Source: the human T2T-CHM13v2.0 reference genome, Homo sapiens. From it: DNA of 64,000 bases. The notes beneath the pieces are model-generated. The model saw only the letters and a list, made by a program, of their open reading frames with translations, did not search any database and was not told the origin of the DNA. Positions 45,560 through 63,531 of the stretch are shown one piece after another. Position 1 is the first letter of the stretch; every line of letters begins with the position of its first letter. The stretch lies in NCBI RefSeq assembly GCF_009914755.1, contig NC_060930.1; one strand, written 5' to 3'. A program made the position numbers and the translations under genes.

Positions 45560-45876
45560 CAATTAGCCCTCTGTATTTGTAGGTTCTACATTCATGGAAT
45601 CAGCCAACCTTGGATGGAAAAGATTTGGAAAATAAAAAATAAAAATAATACTACAATTAAAATACCAATAAAAATCCAATACAGAATATAGTATAACAAG
45701 TATTTACATTATATTACATATTATAAGTAATCTGGAGATGATTTAAGATATACAGGAGGATTTTGTACATTATATGCAAATACTGTACCCTTTTATGTCA
45801 GGAACTTGATCATTGGAGAATTTTGGTATCCTCAGAGGTCTTGGAACCAATCCCCTGTGGATACAGAGGGATGCTA
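45560..45876 (+). mobile_element. MER2/MER2B (TcMar-Tigger) non-autonomous DNA transposon
   Basis: Inverted termini CCCTCTGTAT/ATACAGAGGG, flanking TA, internal GGAGATGATTTAA..TATATGCAAATACT..GGAACCAATCCCC. Confidence 0.8.
45583..45690 (+). ncRNA. EZR-AS1: EZR-AS1 terminal exon, inside a MER2-type element
   Basis: TGTATTTGTAG acceptor; AATAAA at 45631, 45638 and 45667. Confidence 0.5.
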
Positions 45877-46124
45877 TATAATCTTTCTTACATAAGTTAA
45901 AATAGTATAACGTCATATTTGTACATGCATTCCTTATCATGTATCTTACATTACTGTAAGTATGACACATAGCATTTACATGTTACTGTACTGTTCTGCC
46001 CACCAAGGAAACACTTACAGTGTATCTTATGAATGTTTTAAGATTTTCTAAGGGTAATTTATTTTCATCAGGGTTTGGAACCTAAACCCCTGCCCCCAGC
46101 ACACACACAGAAGACTCAACTCCA

Positions 46125-46285
46125 GCTGTGTTGAAACTTGAATATGCATTAGAATCACTCATAGTGCCCTTCTCCAGGACTTATGGCTCACTAAGACTAA
46201 GTCTCAGGCAGCCCCTGGGAATCTGTTTCTTTAACAAGTCCCCACGTGGTTTTGATGATGTACACCACAATTTGAGAACAACTGA
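46125..46285. mobile_element. MER5A1-like relic
   Basis: AAACTTGA..GCATTAGAATCAC ... TTAACAAG.CCC..TTTGAGAAC. Confidence 0.55.
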
Positions 46286-47057
46286 CTTAGGATGTGGCAG
46301 GACCTTGACGCATATTTCACTTGCCTCTCCTTTTAGCCCTCATTTGTGAAGCTGTTCCTTGTGTTTGAAAGTCATCCTTTTGTTAATATATGATACTCAG
46401 TGCCTTGGAAGGAAGTGAGGAAACACTGGAGCCAGGACTACTGGAAACTTCCCTGCTGTTAGTTTAGGTATAAGACCTTGAATGACCCTTCATTGCCGGG
46501 TTTCCATTTTCCAGTTTTTCAGCTAGAGAAGGGTAATCCTAAGTCTGCCTCTTGAGCCTGGTGAAGGGCTGTTGGTAATTTCCTGGGAGTTCTTCAGACA
46601 AGGTTAAAACTAAAGTGAGGAAGGGCAGCCCTCCCGGAAGCTCAGAACAGTGTCACGGACTAGAACCATTGTACCCAGAACAGTCACATCCACTGATACA
46701 GGAGATTTCTATCAAATCACCTTGGAGCCTGTCTCCACACTGGTGCCGGGTTAATCTCAACCAGTAACAAAAAAGTGACCAAAGCTCTATCTAGCTGTAG
46801 TCACTTCAAAAGAACAGTCAGTAGGCAGTGGGGAAATACATAAAGAGTACTCTTGGCAAAACAAGGATTGGGGTTATTTTCCACCCTTAATAACCTTGGG
46901 GGAAAATGCAAGACGGTGACTAAATCTGGAGGATAGGGCGATGACACAGTGAGAGAAGCATAGAGGTTTCCACTGTCTTGGTAATACTTGACTAAGGTGC
47001 CTGGTAGTCCACGGGTTTCCTTTATAGCCTCCTTCCTACCTCTTTATTGGTCTGAAA

Positions 47058-47359
47058 TTTTTATTTTATTGTATTTTATTTATTTTTGAGACAGGATCTC
47101 ACTCTGTCACCCAGGCTGGAGTGCAGTGGTGTGATCTCTGCTCACTGCAACCTCCACCTCCCAGGCTCAAGAGATCCCCACACCTCACCCAAGTAGCTGG
47201 GACTATAGGCGACGCCACCACACTGGGCTAGTTTTTGTATTTTTTGTAGGGATGGGGTTTCACCATGTTACCCAGGCCGGTCTTGAACTCCTCAGGTGAT
47301 CCACCCACCTCAGCCTCCCAAAGTGTCGGAATTACAGGTGGGAGCCACTGTACCTGGCC
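47058..47359 (-). mobile_element. Alu (J-like)
   Basis: Antisense dimer. Confidence 0.88.
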
Positions 47360-47629
47360 TGAAATGTTTATTTAAGAAAAAAAAAAAGACAGTAAGCATT
47401 TCATTGGCTGAGATGATAGCTACAGAGAAACATTTCATGGAATCATAAAGTTCTATGAACTTGGCATGCAAATTCCTAATATCATCTAACATTCCTTTTT
47501 GACTTTGGGAAGGGTGACCAATCCTTTCAGAGTGGGTGAGCAAGCACAGGAACAACTAAGGACTCAGACAAGCTGATAAATGGCCGTTCGGTGGAGTCCA
47601 AATACGTTGTATTCAGAAGGAATATTTAA

Positions 47630-47925
<296 letters not shown>

Positions 47926-47954
47926 TTAAGGATCTTTATAGTATACTAAGCTAG

Positions 47955-48025
47955 GAAGAGTGTCTTGGTACTGTTTTGAAGAGTGTCTTGGTACTGTTTT
48001 GAAGAGTGTCTTGGTACTGTTTTGA
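47955..48025. repeat. Minisatellite, 3 perfect copies of 23-bp GAAGAGTGTCTTGGTACTGTTTT
   Basis: Units 47955-47977, 47978-48000, 48001-48023. Confidence 0.97.
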
Positions 48026-48158
48026 TGGCACAACTTACATAATTTGGGTCTGCTAAGAAGAATTCTGGCCACTAACTGTTCTATTTTAATTGTTTCCTTG
48101 GCTTATTTAATAATTTGCACAAATATCCTTAATAACTTCTGTGTAAAAGAGAACTAGT

Positions 48159-48278
48159 GGCTGGGCACAATGGCTCAAACCTGTAATTCCAACAGTTTGG
48201 GATGCAGAGGTGGGAGGATCACTTAAGCCCAGGAGTTTGAGAGCAGCCTGGTCAACAGAAGGACACCCTGTCTCTACC

Positions 48279-48305
<27 letters not shown>
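48159..48305 (+). mobile_element. Alu monomer (FLAM-like) with long A tail
   Basis: Left arm only. Confidence 0.8.
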
Positions 48306-48309
<4 letters not shown>

Positions 48310-48379
48310 AAGTACTGATGATCACACAACCTGTTTGACTAATAAACTCCCAAATAGGACAGCTTTCTTTATTATGATT

Positions 48380-48515
48380 TCTTTTCTTTTTTTTTAGTAG
48401 AGACGGGGGTTTCTCCATGTTGGTCAGGCGGGTCTTGAACTCCCAACCTCAGGTGATCCACCCACCTCAGCCTCCCAAAGCGCTAGGATTACAGGCGTGA
48501 GCCACCGGCCCAGCC
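48380..48515 (-). mobile_element. Alu left-arm monomer (Sp-like)
   Basis: TSD TATTATGATTTCTT on both sides. Confidence 0.85.
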
Positions 48516-48571
48516 TATTATGATTTCTTATCCTTGATCATTGTTTTGTTCCCCCACCCACACTTGCCCCC

Positions 48572-48859
48572 TTTTGTTTTTGAGACAAGGTCTGGCTCTG
48601 TCACCCAGCCTGGAGTGCAGCAGCACAGTCTGGGCTCACTGCAACTTCAGCCTGCTGGGCTCAAGCCAACCTCCCACCTCAGCCTCTCAAGTAACTAGGA
48701 CTACAGGCATGCGCCACCACCAGCTAATTTTTGTATTATTTGTAGACACAAGGTTTTGCCATGTTGCCCAGGCTGGCCTCGAACTCATGAGCTCAAGCAA
48801 TCTGCCCGCCTTGGCCTCCAAAGTGCTGGGATTAAAGGCATGAGCCACCCAGCTTGGCC
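48572..48859 (-). mobile_element. Alu (J-like)
   Basis: Antisense dimer. Confidence 0.88.
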
Positions 48860-48999
48860 TCTTTCCCCGTTTTTTGAAAAAAAAGTATGTGGCATAATGG
48901 GGTAGTTGGAAGCTTAAACCTCCTCTATTCGGATACTCTCATTTGACAGAGGAACCGGGCCCCAAAAGATTAAACTGATTGTCCTCATTCCTGCACTTA

Positions 49000-49890
49000 A
49001 ACTTCTCTTGTCAATATTAACATTACCTCCATCTTGCTGAATCCAGAGGCCAAACCTCTTGGCCTCATCTGACCCTTCTCCTAAGCAGCTTTCCACATGT
49101 CCAACCATTCCCTGAGCATATTTTGTGCTTAGGATTTCTGTGCTTTCTCTTCTCTTCCCCTCTGGGTCCTTCCCAGCCCTTATCTATGTACGAATTCTTC
49201 CCCTAGGTCATGTAGCCTGATCCCAAGGCTTCAGTCACGTCCCCAGCCCTGCCTTTTCCCCCAGCAACAACCGTCTATTGGTGTCTCCAGGGTTCTTGTT
49301 TGTTCAAGAACTTCCTCCCTCCTAGCCTCCCTGTTCTCAGCAAAGAGCTCCACCACACACGCTGTTACATGGCCCCAAACCTAGAGGTAACCTGCATTCT
49401 CTTTTTGCCTCAACCCCATTTTATCCTTCACCCCTGTGCCTCCAGTCCAGCAGACCAAACAGCCACATTTCCCGGCTAGGTCAGATGGTGCACGCCTGGG
49501 TTTGGGGATAAAATTCAAACTCCTCCTTGGCCGGGAGTGCATCGGCATCTCCAGCTGCGTCTTCTTTCCCTCACTCTCACTCGCCCTGAGCTTGAGCTCA
49601 GCTGGCTCTGCTCCCGCTGCTGATTTTTTTATCTGTGATCACTCAGCCCCGTTGCTGCCTTAGAGGTCTTGTGCTTCATATTCCCACGGCCTGGAAGGCA
49701 TGTCCCCCATCTGTGCCAGCCTGGCCTTTTCTCATCCTCCAGGTCTTTGCAGCAGTGCCTCCTCCTCTAAGAGCACTTCCCAGCCACTGTCCCCTGCTGC
49801 CCCTGCCATCTGAAGAGCCACCCTCTGGTGCCCCGCCACTTCACCCGATTCACTGCCTTCAGAGAACTTGACTCTGCAATTCTCTTCCTT
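49000..49890. mobile_element. L2 relic (tail continues ~50470-50572)
   Basis: Pyrimidine-rich L2 3' motifs, GGGATAAAATTCAAACTCCT, terminal CAATAAATATCTGTTGAATAAATGAATGAA. Confidence 0.55.
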
Positions 49891-49898
49891 GGTTTGTG

Positions 49899-50456
49899 TT
49901 TTTTTTTTTTTTTTCTGATTTGAGACAGGGTCTCACTCCATTGTGCAGGCTGGAGTTCAGTGGTGAGATCATGAAGATCATGGCTCACTGCAACGTGAAC
50001 CTCCCAGACTCAAGCGATCCTCCTGCGTTGGCCTTTTGAGTAGCTGGGACCACAGGTGCGTGCCATCACGCCCAGCTAATTTATTTATTTATTTATTTAT
50101 TTTTAGAGACAGGGGTCTCACTATGTTGCTCAGATTGGTCTTGAACTGGCCTCAAGCAGTCCTCCTGCCTCAGCTTCCCCATTGTGTTTTGTTTTTGTTT
50201 TTTGAGACAGAGTCTCACTTTCATTGTTGTCCAGGCTGGAGTGTAGTGGTGGTGGTGTGAACACAGTTTCCTGCAGCCTCGACATCCTGAGCTCAAGTGA
50301 TACTCCCACCTCAGCCCCTCAAGTACCTGGGACTACAGGTATATGACACCACACCAGGCTAATTTTTGTATTTTTTGTCGAGATGGGATTTCACCATGTG
50401 GCCCAGGCTGGTTTTGAACTCCTGAGCTCAGGGGATCCACCCACCTTGGGCTCCCC
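49899..50456 (-). mobile_element. Two adjacent antisense Alus (J-like; ~49899-50180 and ~50186-50456)
   Basis: Two degenerate dimers. Confidence 0.85.
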
Positions 50457-51187
50457 ACAAGAGTTGAAGCTCCTCTCAGTCTTGTTTGTTTGTCGATGGA
50501 CCCTCAGCAACTAAAACAGTGTCTGGTGTGTGGTAGCTGTTCAATAAATATCTGTTGAATAAATGAATGAACAAATCCTGTTAGTTCCAGAACCGGGGTA
50601 CTCTGGTAAGTTTTCCTTCCTGTGTATCATACTGCTGTCCACTGGGTTGCTAACCATGGAAACACCTTACTTGAAGTCTTATTTAGCAGCCCAGCTGTCC
50701 AAAACACCATCGAAAACCAGATGTTAAAAAAAAAAAAAACAAAAAAAACCAGAATTCATGTTTTTAGAATTTCTCTGGGTTTCCCCTAAAGTGTATTAAT
50801 TCCTGTTTTCATTGTGAGTCTAAGTTTTATTAGTTCCTTTCCCAGGCCATGGCAGATTAGCAGAGAGGGTGCAGGGTGCAGGCAGACACACTGACAGCAG
50901 TAAGAAGCAATGCTTGATGGTGAAGAGGCAGGAATTGTACAGAGCAGGCAACTCAGAAGGACAGCCCGGAAGCCCGAGGGCATTGATTGGTGTTCCTGGT
51001 GATTGTTTTCTCAGGAAAGGGAGCTATGTCTGCTCTCTATTATCATAAAACATGTTATTTTGTAATGTTTAAAAAATGGTGAAATGTTTTAAATCTTCAG
51101 GAGTTAATTCAATAGACAACTATCTCAATTTAACAAATGGTGTTATTTTATCCCATTAGTTTCAGGTTTTTTAAAAAAAGAAATAAC

Positions 51188-51517
<330 letters not shown>

Positions 51518-51560
51518 TTAAAGCCTCTCTAGCCCTCCGCAGGAACAATCAATGTTCTAA

Positions 51561-52245
<685 letters not shown>

Positions 52246-52705
52246 ACATGAAACAATTTCCTAAATAAATTAGATGTTATTAATTAGGTGTTTAATTGCA
52301 GAATATAAACGAATTATTTTTAAATCATCCTGATTTTTTATTTCTTTCCGCTTCCTTCTTTTTTTTCTTATGAAAGGCTACCTTAATAAAGCAGTATGTG
52401 CTGAAATGCCCGGCACGACACAGGTGGTTATCAGTCATTTGGATTGTCCTCTGCTCAAACTGTGAGTTCCTCAAAGGTGAGACCAGTGACTACTGGTCTT
52501 GGTATCTCAAGTACCTAGCATAGAGCCTTGCACATCATAGGGGCTCAGTAAATATTGATCGAACTGAATTGAAAACTGAGCCCCGTGTGTTTTCTGTAGT
52601 GAAGACAATGTCTCACTAAGCATTTAGATGTCTGGATCCCAGAGATTTGACATGTAAACTAGATAATTGGCACTTGAAATATTTTCTTTAATTAAAAAAA
52701 AATTT

Positions 52706-53003
<298 letters not shown>

Positions 53004-53626
53004 TTAAGCCTTCTGATAACCAGGGAAAACAAATTTCTGTAGCAGGTAACGAATGTTACCTGACCCTGTGGAATCTTACTGAATATCAAAAGGACTCGTT
53101 CCAGAAGGAAGTCATCTTGTAATGTCCTGGGCAGTGCTTCACCCTAGGCTGAAACATGGGCCACATACTTCATTCACCAATCAGTGAGCTATAAGGGAGA
53201 GCAAGACAGATAAATCTTGAAGTTTACGCTTAACTAAAACTTGGCCTTTGGCTGTTTGGGTTTTCCCAGACTTCCCATGAATTTCCATGAAATCAGCATT
53301 GTCACTTTGTCAATCTGCCGTTCCCAGCCACCTACTCAGACTGGGTCCTCAGGTCACCCTGAGAATGTGACTGGGGAATACAGAGACTGGGACGTGGAGT
53401 CCAAGGGCAACTGACTGTAAGGTCTGGGTCTGGTCCTAGTTCTGCCATTGACCCTGAGTGTTGGCACAGCGGCCATCTGAGGGACGTGCTAGCTGGGAGG
53501 TAGGCTGGCCAGCTCTCAGCTTCTGCGCATGGCTGTTGCTATGCTAGAACATGAGCCCTGTCCTGCTACCTGTCTCATTTTCAAGAAAACCCTGAAATCC
53601 TGATTTTTATGTGACATTTCCCAATT

Positions 53627-54366
<740 letters not shown>

Positions 54367-56392
54367 TTAACCAGGCAACTTCTAATGTCCCACTAGGCTT
54401 CAAAACACTGTCACTCCTGGCATGCTTGACTTTCCCTGGTGACAGTGCTGGCAGGGACTGTCCTCCCTGAGTCTAGGTGTGGTAGAAGACACACAGGCCC
54501 ATCCACGCAGCCTCTCATTCTGTGCACACGCAAAGGCAGCTCTCGTGGTCGCATTTTCAGTTTGGGGAATTGTCATGTTGGTAACTGTAGGCCTTAGACT
54601 TAAGGGACATTCGAGGAGGGAGTGACCCCCTTTCGTGGTGGACACAACACCCTAAATGGCTAGCCTCAGCTCTTCCTCCCTGGCAGGCCCCATCTATGCT
54701 GACCGCCCTGGTGGGGTTCTGAGCTGTACACCCCAACCCCTTACTCTGCCAATAAGAAAGAGTGGCTTCCATGTTTCTGCACACTTCCTTGCCAGCAGGG
54801 TTGTGTTTTGCTTCTAGACTGGCAGCGTCCACAGCCCTCTCACCAGTGAGCACCTCTGACGGCTCCACATCCCATCTGCCCCATTGTTGTGGCTGTGAGA
54901 GCTGTTCAGGGTTGGTGGAATGACCACCACAGCAGATGGGCATTGAGTGCAGGGTCCCTGCCCTTCCAGGCAGCTTACTTTCAAAGGCACGGCCATTCCA
55001 CAACACGCTTCTCCTCCTGGATCTACCTACAGCAAAGCTGGGACTATTGGCATGGATTTCCTAAGACTTGCTTTCATTTCGAAATTGTTTTTAAGAAAGA
55101 AAAAGTAAAAGCAGCTCCGCACAATGGAAAAGCTACTTTGCATCTCATCTCCAAGTGGAGCTGACCTGGATAGTCATCCCCTGGTTCCTAGGTGGGGCAG
55201 GTGCTAACTGGCGGGTGGGCAGGGATGACGCCCATAGGAATGTTGACAAACTGGGTTTTGTGAATCTCCCGAAGCTCAGAACTCTGATGGCATCGATTCT
55301 TGGTGGCTCTTCCTCCCTTCTCTTCCCTTTATCCCAAGGTCTGGCCATCGGATCCTAGAACTTGCAACTGAGAAGGGGGAGACCTGGCTTCCATGTAGAG
55401 GACACACGATTTCCTCCCCTCTGAGGGGGCTCGTGAGGGTGACTGTCGGGCCTCTCCTGGAGCCTCAGAGAAGGACTCACTTGTCTGTGGGTGAATTTGG
55501 AAGGAGAACCTGGGCATACAGAGCCCAGCCCTTTGGCTCACTCTTCCTCTTGGGAGCTGACCCGCCCACTGCTCTATCTCTTCCAGCCATGCATGTTGTG
55601 GGGCCTGGTCCCCTGTGGATGGCCCATGGTGGCCTAGAGCTGTCTCTGCCAGGGGGCATATTTGTCTAATTCCATCATGCAGTTTTAGGCAGTCCATTTG
55701 CCTGTAGATCGAGGCCATGCCCTCCAACGGTGGCTTTATCAGCAGTAAAACTTGCAGGTTTCATCTCCCTTGTCTCATTCACTGGCCCTTTCACATTGCA
55801 ACCAGCACCTCTGCTGGCTCCCAGGCTGCTCCGCTGGAGCTGAAAAGAATGAATACCCATCTTCAGCAACTGTATCTTTCCCCCTCTTAACTTAGGCTCG
55901 GGAATCAAGCTTCCCCTAAATAATGAATTGGACTTTATTCTCTCTAACCATACCAGCTCTCAAAACATTGGAAGCCAGATTTACTGGGTCCAAATGTTTA
56001 TGTTTATGGTTAGTTACATCAAAGAGACTTTGTCATTAGTAAAAGTGTTTTAATTTAAGGCAGGAACTTGGTTATGGCTCCTTGAAGACATCTGCTTACA
56101 TTGCCTGGTGTCTATCCCTGTATCTGACACCCAGAGAGCTTAATAAACATTTTTATTCCATCAGTTTGGTTGATTGAATGAGCCTGGACTTTTTCCTTTG
56201 TAACTCTCCAAAGCACTGAGCTCTCAGCAAAACAGAACCAACCAAGATGTGGCGCTGACTGACTCAACTGAACGTTTATCCCCAGAGACTTCTGATAGCG
56301 ATCCTACCTATTCGAATTGAATCCAGCTCTTTATGTTTTAATTACTTCTTGTTATTCTCATTTTCTTTTCCCCATCATCCTAATGTGTTTAA

Positions 56393-56794
<402 letters not shown>

Positions 56795-57010
56795 CAGCTT
56801 TGTGTTTTTAACATTCATTTTTAGAAGTATTTTCTCTCCCCCTTTTCAGAAATATATTCTCCTTCATTTTCCTTTCTTAGCATTTTAGTTTACCATCCAC
56901 ATTTGGGACTTTCTCTGGAAATAGAGTCCACCCTTCTGTGCAGTTAAATTTTATTTTTCTCCATACAGATAGCCAGTTTTCCCAGCTCCATTTACTTCAT
57001 GATCCACCCT

Positions 57011-57303
57011 TTTATTATTTATTTATTTATTTTGAAATGGAGTCTCGCTCTGTGGCCCAGGCTGAAGTGCAGTGGTGCAATCTCGGCTCACTGCAACTCC
57101 ACCTCCCAGGTTCAAGCGATTCTCCTGCCTCAGCCTCCCAAGTAGCTGGGATTATAGGCGTGCACCACCACACTCAGCTAATTTTTGTATTTTTAGTAGA
57201 GACAGGGTCTCACCATGTTGACCAGGCTCCCAGCCTCAAGTGATCCTCCCACCCCAGCCTCCCAAAGTGCTGGGATTACAGGTGTGAGCCACCACCGCCA
57301 GCC
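57011..57303 (-). mobile_element. Alu (S-like) within an old L1 fragment (~56930-57430)
   Basis: Antisense dimer; flanks show GATAGCCAGTTTTCCCAGC.CCATTTA and TCTGTTCCATTGGTCTAT L1 motifs. Confidence 0.85.
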
Positions 57304-57643
57304 ACGATCCATCCTTTTCCCATTGATTTGTGATGTCACCTTTATGGTATATTATATTCCCGTGTGTCCCTGGGTCTATCTGCCGGTTCTCTGTTCTGTT
57401 CCATTGGTCTATGCATTCTTGCATCTGTGGGCTATGTCTTTGCAGCAGTAGATATTAACCTCTGATGGGGCACATTTTCTCCTCATTGTTCCTCTTTTTT
57501 CACCGTGGATCTTCATGAAATTCCACTGTAAGCAAATGAATCTCAGGAAGATCTCTGCAGGAGCTGCTCCACTAAATATTTCACCTTAACTTTTGTCTCT
57601 TCATATCATGCTTATTGTTTGATTGTTAAATGTGAAGCATTCT

Positions 57644-57986
<343 letters not shown>

Positions 57987-58029
57987 TGATGTTTCATTTC
58001 TACTCAGTTATAATTATTGTGAGCGTTTT

Positions 58030-58155
<126 letters not shown>

Positions 58156-59855
58156 AATTACTGTGATCATTTAAAACATAAATCTCTGAAAAAGTGAATG
58201 CTCTATCATTTGAGAAGGGCTCATTTGTTGCTAAAGGAGCTAGGCACACACCCAGGACGATGGCCCAGCTTGCCTGTCGTGTGAGTAACCGGGCAGCATA
58301 GCCTTGCCATCTGGACATCCCCAGCCACTCAGGGAGTCATACAAGAACCCTTGTTTCCACTCCAAGGCCTCTGCCAGGCAGGACACACGGTCAGATCGCC
58401 CCTGAAGGCTCTCAAGTACTTGCTTGGCATTCACTGGTTCCTAACTTCTGCATTGTTCTCAACTCCTTTCCTCCCTCTCCCACCACATCCTCTGTTCTAA
58501 TCCCTGACAGTTCCACTTTTATATCCATTTTCTCCTTCCCAGCCTCCAGAGCCCTCTCCCGCCAGCTAGAGCCAACTCAGTCCATCTGAACCCTGTGCTA
58601 GCCCCAAGGGCTGACCTGGACCCAACAGCCTTGGGCTGTAGCAGTGGACACGTGTCAGGGTGGCCCGACTTTGGCTTTGTGCTTCGACTTTTTGTTCTCA
58701 GCTTGCTCCCTGGATCTGGTCAGTCATGTAACTAGTCTGTTTTCTCAGCCATGCATTATTTATTCTTACTAATTAAGCACACTGGAGGGTCCTGATTATT
58801 GGAGCTTTGTTCTCTCCCTCACCTGGGTGCTTGCCAGGTAACTTCCTTCCCCAGATGACCCAGATCCTTGAGAACCTGGGTGGTGTTTGCTCTTCTGATT
58901 CCTTCTCCAAGGAATTAAGAGTCGAGCATGTGGGGGTCCTACCACCTATTGACCAATCTCTTGGATGCAGATCACCACAAACTGTAAAAATCGCCTTTTC
59001 CACATTTACTGGCTCAGGTTGCTCTGAGGGGTGGATACTAATATCTCCTCCCCACGAAGGAGGAAGCGGGGGCTCAGAAGTTAAGTGGCTTAGCCAAGGT
59101 GTGTGGCCAGAGGCGGTGGAGCCAGGGCTGCCCCTATACGGCTGATTGTCACAGCCCTCACTCCTCTCCTGCGTCACAGAGCCCCACCTCCCGGGCCCCA
59201 CTCCGCCTCGTCCTGCTGCTGGCTGGGTCTGAAATGAGATAAGCCTATATTGAGAAACTCAGTTCCTCCGCCCTGGACAATTACAACAATCTGCACGTTT
59301 GCCCCTTTATCCATTCATTCGACCAACGGATCGTCATTAAGCACATCATTTGTGCCAGACAACGCTTCAACATGGCTTATTTTTTAGTTCAGCATTGACT
59401 GAGCAATCAGAGCTGTGGTTTGGATTACGGCACGCTCCTGCTCCCAAACCTTCAACGACATAGCTCAGGACAGGGCCTGCTGGAGCCAAGGAAGGCTGGG
59501 CAGACTGGGCAGTCAGGGAGAAGCTAGGACCTGGAACCACGCCCATCCGTGAAGCTGGGAAGGCCGAGCACAGTGTGCAGAGGGCATGGCCAGGGCAGGC
59601 TGGGGTCTGGGAGGCTCAGCAGCAGGGGGGCAGGGAGGGGCGGGGCATCGAAGAGGTCCCTCAGGGCAGGAGGATGCAGGGCAGAGAGAAGCTAACCAGA
59701 CTCAGGGAAGATCCTAGGGCCCAGCCCCTCCCAGTCAGGGAAAGAACTCCAGACCCTGTGAAAGGTGAAAAAGGAGAGGAGGGTCCTTCTGCCATAGGAC
59801 CAGGCTGCTACACCTGCTTTTATAAGGCAGGTGATGCCTTATAAAAATTGAGGCA

Positions 59856-60185
<330 letters not shown>

Positions 60186-60623
60186 CTAACACAGCAAGGG
60201 GATGCTTGCTTCAGGAAAGATGGGTCTGGAGCCCAGGGGAGACAGCTTGGGTCCCAGGGGGCCTGACTCATTGAGCAGGGGCACAGGAGGTGCCGGGGAG
60301 CACACAGCTGACGGCTGCACCCCAGAGTCCTGTGTGGAGGATCCACAGCCCTCCGGGATCCGATCCCCACCGCCGGTGTACCCACCACCCTCTTCTTTCC
60401 TACACTGTGGTCATGTGGCCTTCTGCCCTCTCCCAGGCTGATCGCAGTCACCCCTGCTGCTGCTCCTGGACTTGTACTTTCCTGCAGCCCACCTCTTTAC
60501 TTCCTCAACCCTACTTATCCTTTAAGACCCAGTGCAAAGGCAGCAGACCAGACCTTCCCATTCTGTTTTAGCCACTCCCCTGACCTCAAGTTCTGCTCAC
60601 TTGCTCACTGCTCCCTTGCCAGC

Positions 60624-61031
60624 TGTGCCAGGTTCCTAGGGCTGCTGTCACAAGGGACCGCAAACTTGGTGGCTGAAAACAACAGAAATGTATTGTCTCT
60701 CAGCTCTGGAGGCTGGAAGTCTCCCTCTGAAACCCACAGGGAAGGATGCTTCCTTGCCTCCTCCAGCTTCTGGTGGCCCCAGGCATTGCTTGGCTTGTGG
60801 CAGCATCACTGTCATCCCTGCCTCTGTGGTCACAGCCTCATCTTCCCTCTGTGTCTCTTCTGTCCTTATGGGAGCACCAGTCCTATTGGATTAAGAGCCC
60901 GCCCTACTCCAATGTGACCCCAAACTAATTACATTTGCAATGACCCTATTTCCAAATAAGGTCACATTAGGAGGTACCGGGGGTTAGGACCTCAACATAT
61001 CTTTTTGGGGGACACAATTCAGCCCGTAACA
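60624..61031. mobile_element. MLT1-family (MaLR) solo LTR
   Basis: TAGGGCTGCTGT..AAACTTGGTGGCT.AAAACAACAGAAATGTATT..TCTGGAGGCTGGAAGTC ... ACCCTATTTCCAAATAAGGTCACATT..GGGGACACAATTCAGCCCGTAACA. Confidence 0.85.
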
Positions 61032-61706
61032 CCTGCTATTAGAGTTAGCTATACACAGGTCCGCATCCTTCATGACAGGTCTCCATCCTTCACAGCACTA
61101 AGTCCCTTGTCTACCGTTCAGTGGTTTTGGAATGAGACCTGGGTTTGCCACTCACCCTTTGTATAAACTGGAGCAAAATTCCCAAGCAATCTGTCCTTTC
61201 CCATCTGTAAAATAACCACAACACCCAGAGTCACTGTGCTACTCATTAGAGTCAATTCATGCACCTGGCGAGTGCCCAGGAAATTTTAATTATAACAATA
61301 ATACAATAAATTAATAAATGTATTAAAACAATAATAACATTAATCAATTAATTATTAAATAAAACAATAATTAATATTGTGTGTTGAACATAGCAGGTGC
61401 TCAATAAATAAACGTTAGTCACCATTTCCTCTAATAGGTATGTACAAAACTAGCCAGCTAGCAGAACACTGGAGCTGAGGAGCTTTTCCAGAGGGAGGGG
61501 GAAGGGGTGGCCAACAAGCCCTGGAGGCCCCATCCGTCCCCTGCATCATGAGAATTGCTGAGGTGACTACGTGGCGCTGCCCATTCTTGCCTGGGTGGCA
61601 GGGAGATCCCGGTTCCCACTCCCACACCACAGAATCCTGGCTGTCTCTGTGGAAATGTGACGGTGGAGCAGGCAGAGACTCCACACCCGGCTCTGTTCTC
61701 TAAGGC

Positions 61707-61749
61707 TGTGTGTGGGTGTGTGCGTGTATGTATGTGTGTGTCTGTGTGT
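61707..61749. repeat. Imperfect (TG)n repeat
   Basis: Read directly. Confidence 0.8.
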
Positions 61750-62426
61750 AAGGGCTTGGAAGACAGAGGCCAGAAGAGCCAAGAGTCCTTCCAAAAGGAT
61801 CTGTTTCAGGCTGGGATGAAAGACGGCAACCACAGCATGCCCTCCGGCTCTGCAGGCCTTCCTGGTTTCTGTGGAGAACCAGATTCTTCTGTGGAAAGAG
61901 GATGGGTGGCAGACGCAGCCAAGCATTTGGAATCAGAGACCTGGGTCTGAAACAGAACTCTACCTTTGATGAGCTGGGTGACCTCAGTGACCGCAGCTTT
62001 CTCTCAAAGTGGGGCCGATAAAATCTGCCCTATCAAAGAAGAACATGATACAAGTGCCAGCTGTTAATATTTATGTCTCATTGTTGCCAACCCTTGAAGA
62101 TAGGTTTCCAAAGCACATCCACGTTTACAAAGTACTGTCACAGCTTTGCTTTGTTTCGATTTTCATTTAGACAACAAGAAGTAAAAAACAAAACTAAACC
62201 TTTTAATTACTATTAGAAAGAAAGGAATATGTCTAAGCTTCAGTATTCATCTGCAATGGGATCAAACTTGGCCTCCTTTATCCTCTGCATATTTTATGAA
62301 CATCCAAAAATATATGCTTCTATTTCGAGGGATTTCCTCTTCTTCTTTAGTTGCTTCTTTATTTTTCTTTTTCATTTTTCTGACCCTATGTATTATATTG
62401 AAGAATTTCTTCTTCTTTTTTTATAA

Positions 62427-62772
<346 letters not shown>

Positions 62773-63019
62773 TAAGAGCAAACTCTGACCCAGCATATGC
62801 CCTCATTAGACTTTAAACAAGACAAATCCTTCCATAGTAGACACTAATCATCATTTCCTTGAGGTTTATAGGTAAACTGTTTTAAGGTGACATACCTAAG
62901 TGGATGCAGGTTTTTAGAAAAGAAGATAGTGAAGGAATTTTATCCAGAAATCACACGTTTGAGAGACAGACATCATTATAGCAGATCAACACAGACACAC
63001 TGCAAAACATGAGTAGTTT

Positions 63020-63531
<512 letters not shown>

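Noticed and set aside
47955-48025. 23-bp direct repeats as a CRISPR-like array
   Set aside because: No spacers, no cas genes, human context; ordinary minisatellite
54690-55820. Partial CTCF-like motifs upstream of EZR
   Set aside because: Core mismatches; cannot be supported without PWM scoring or ChIP data
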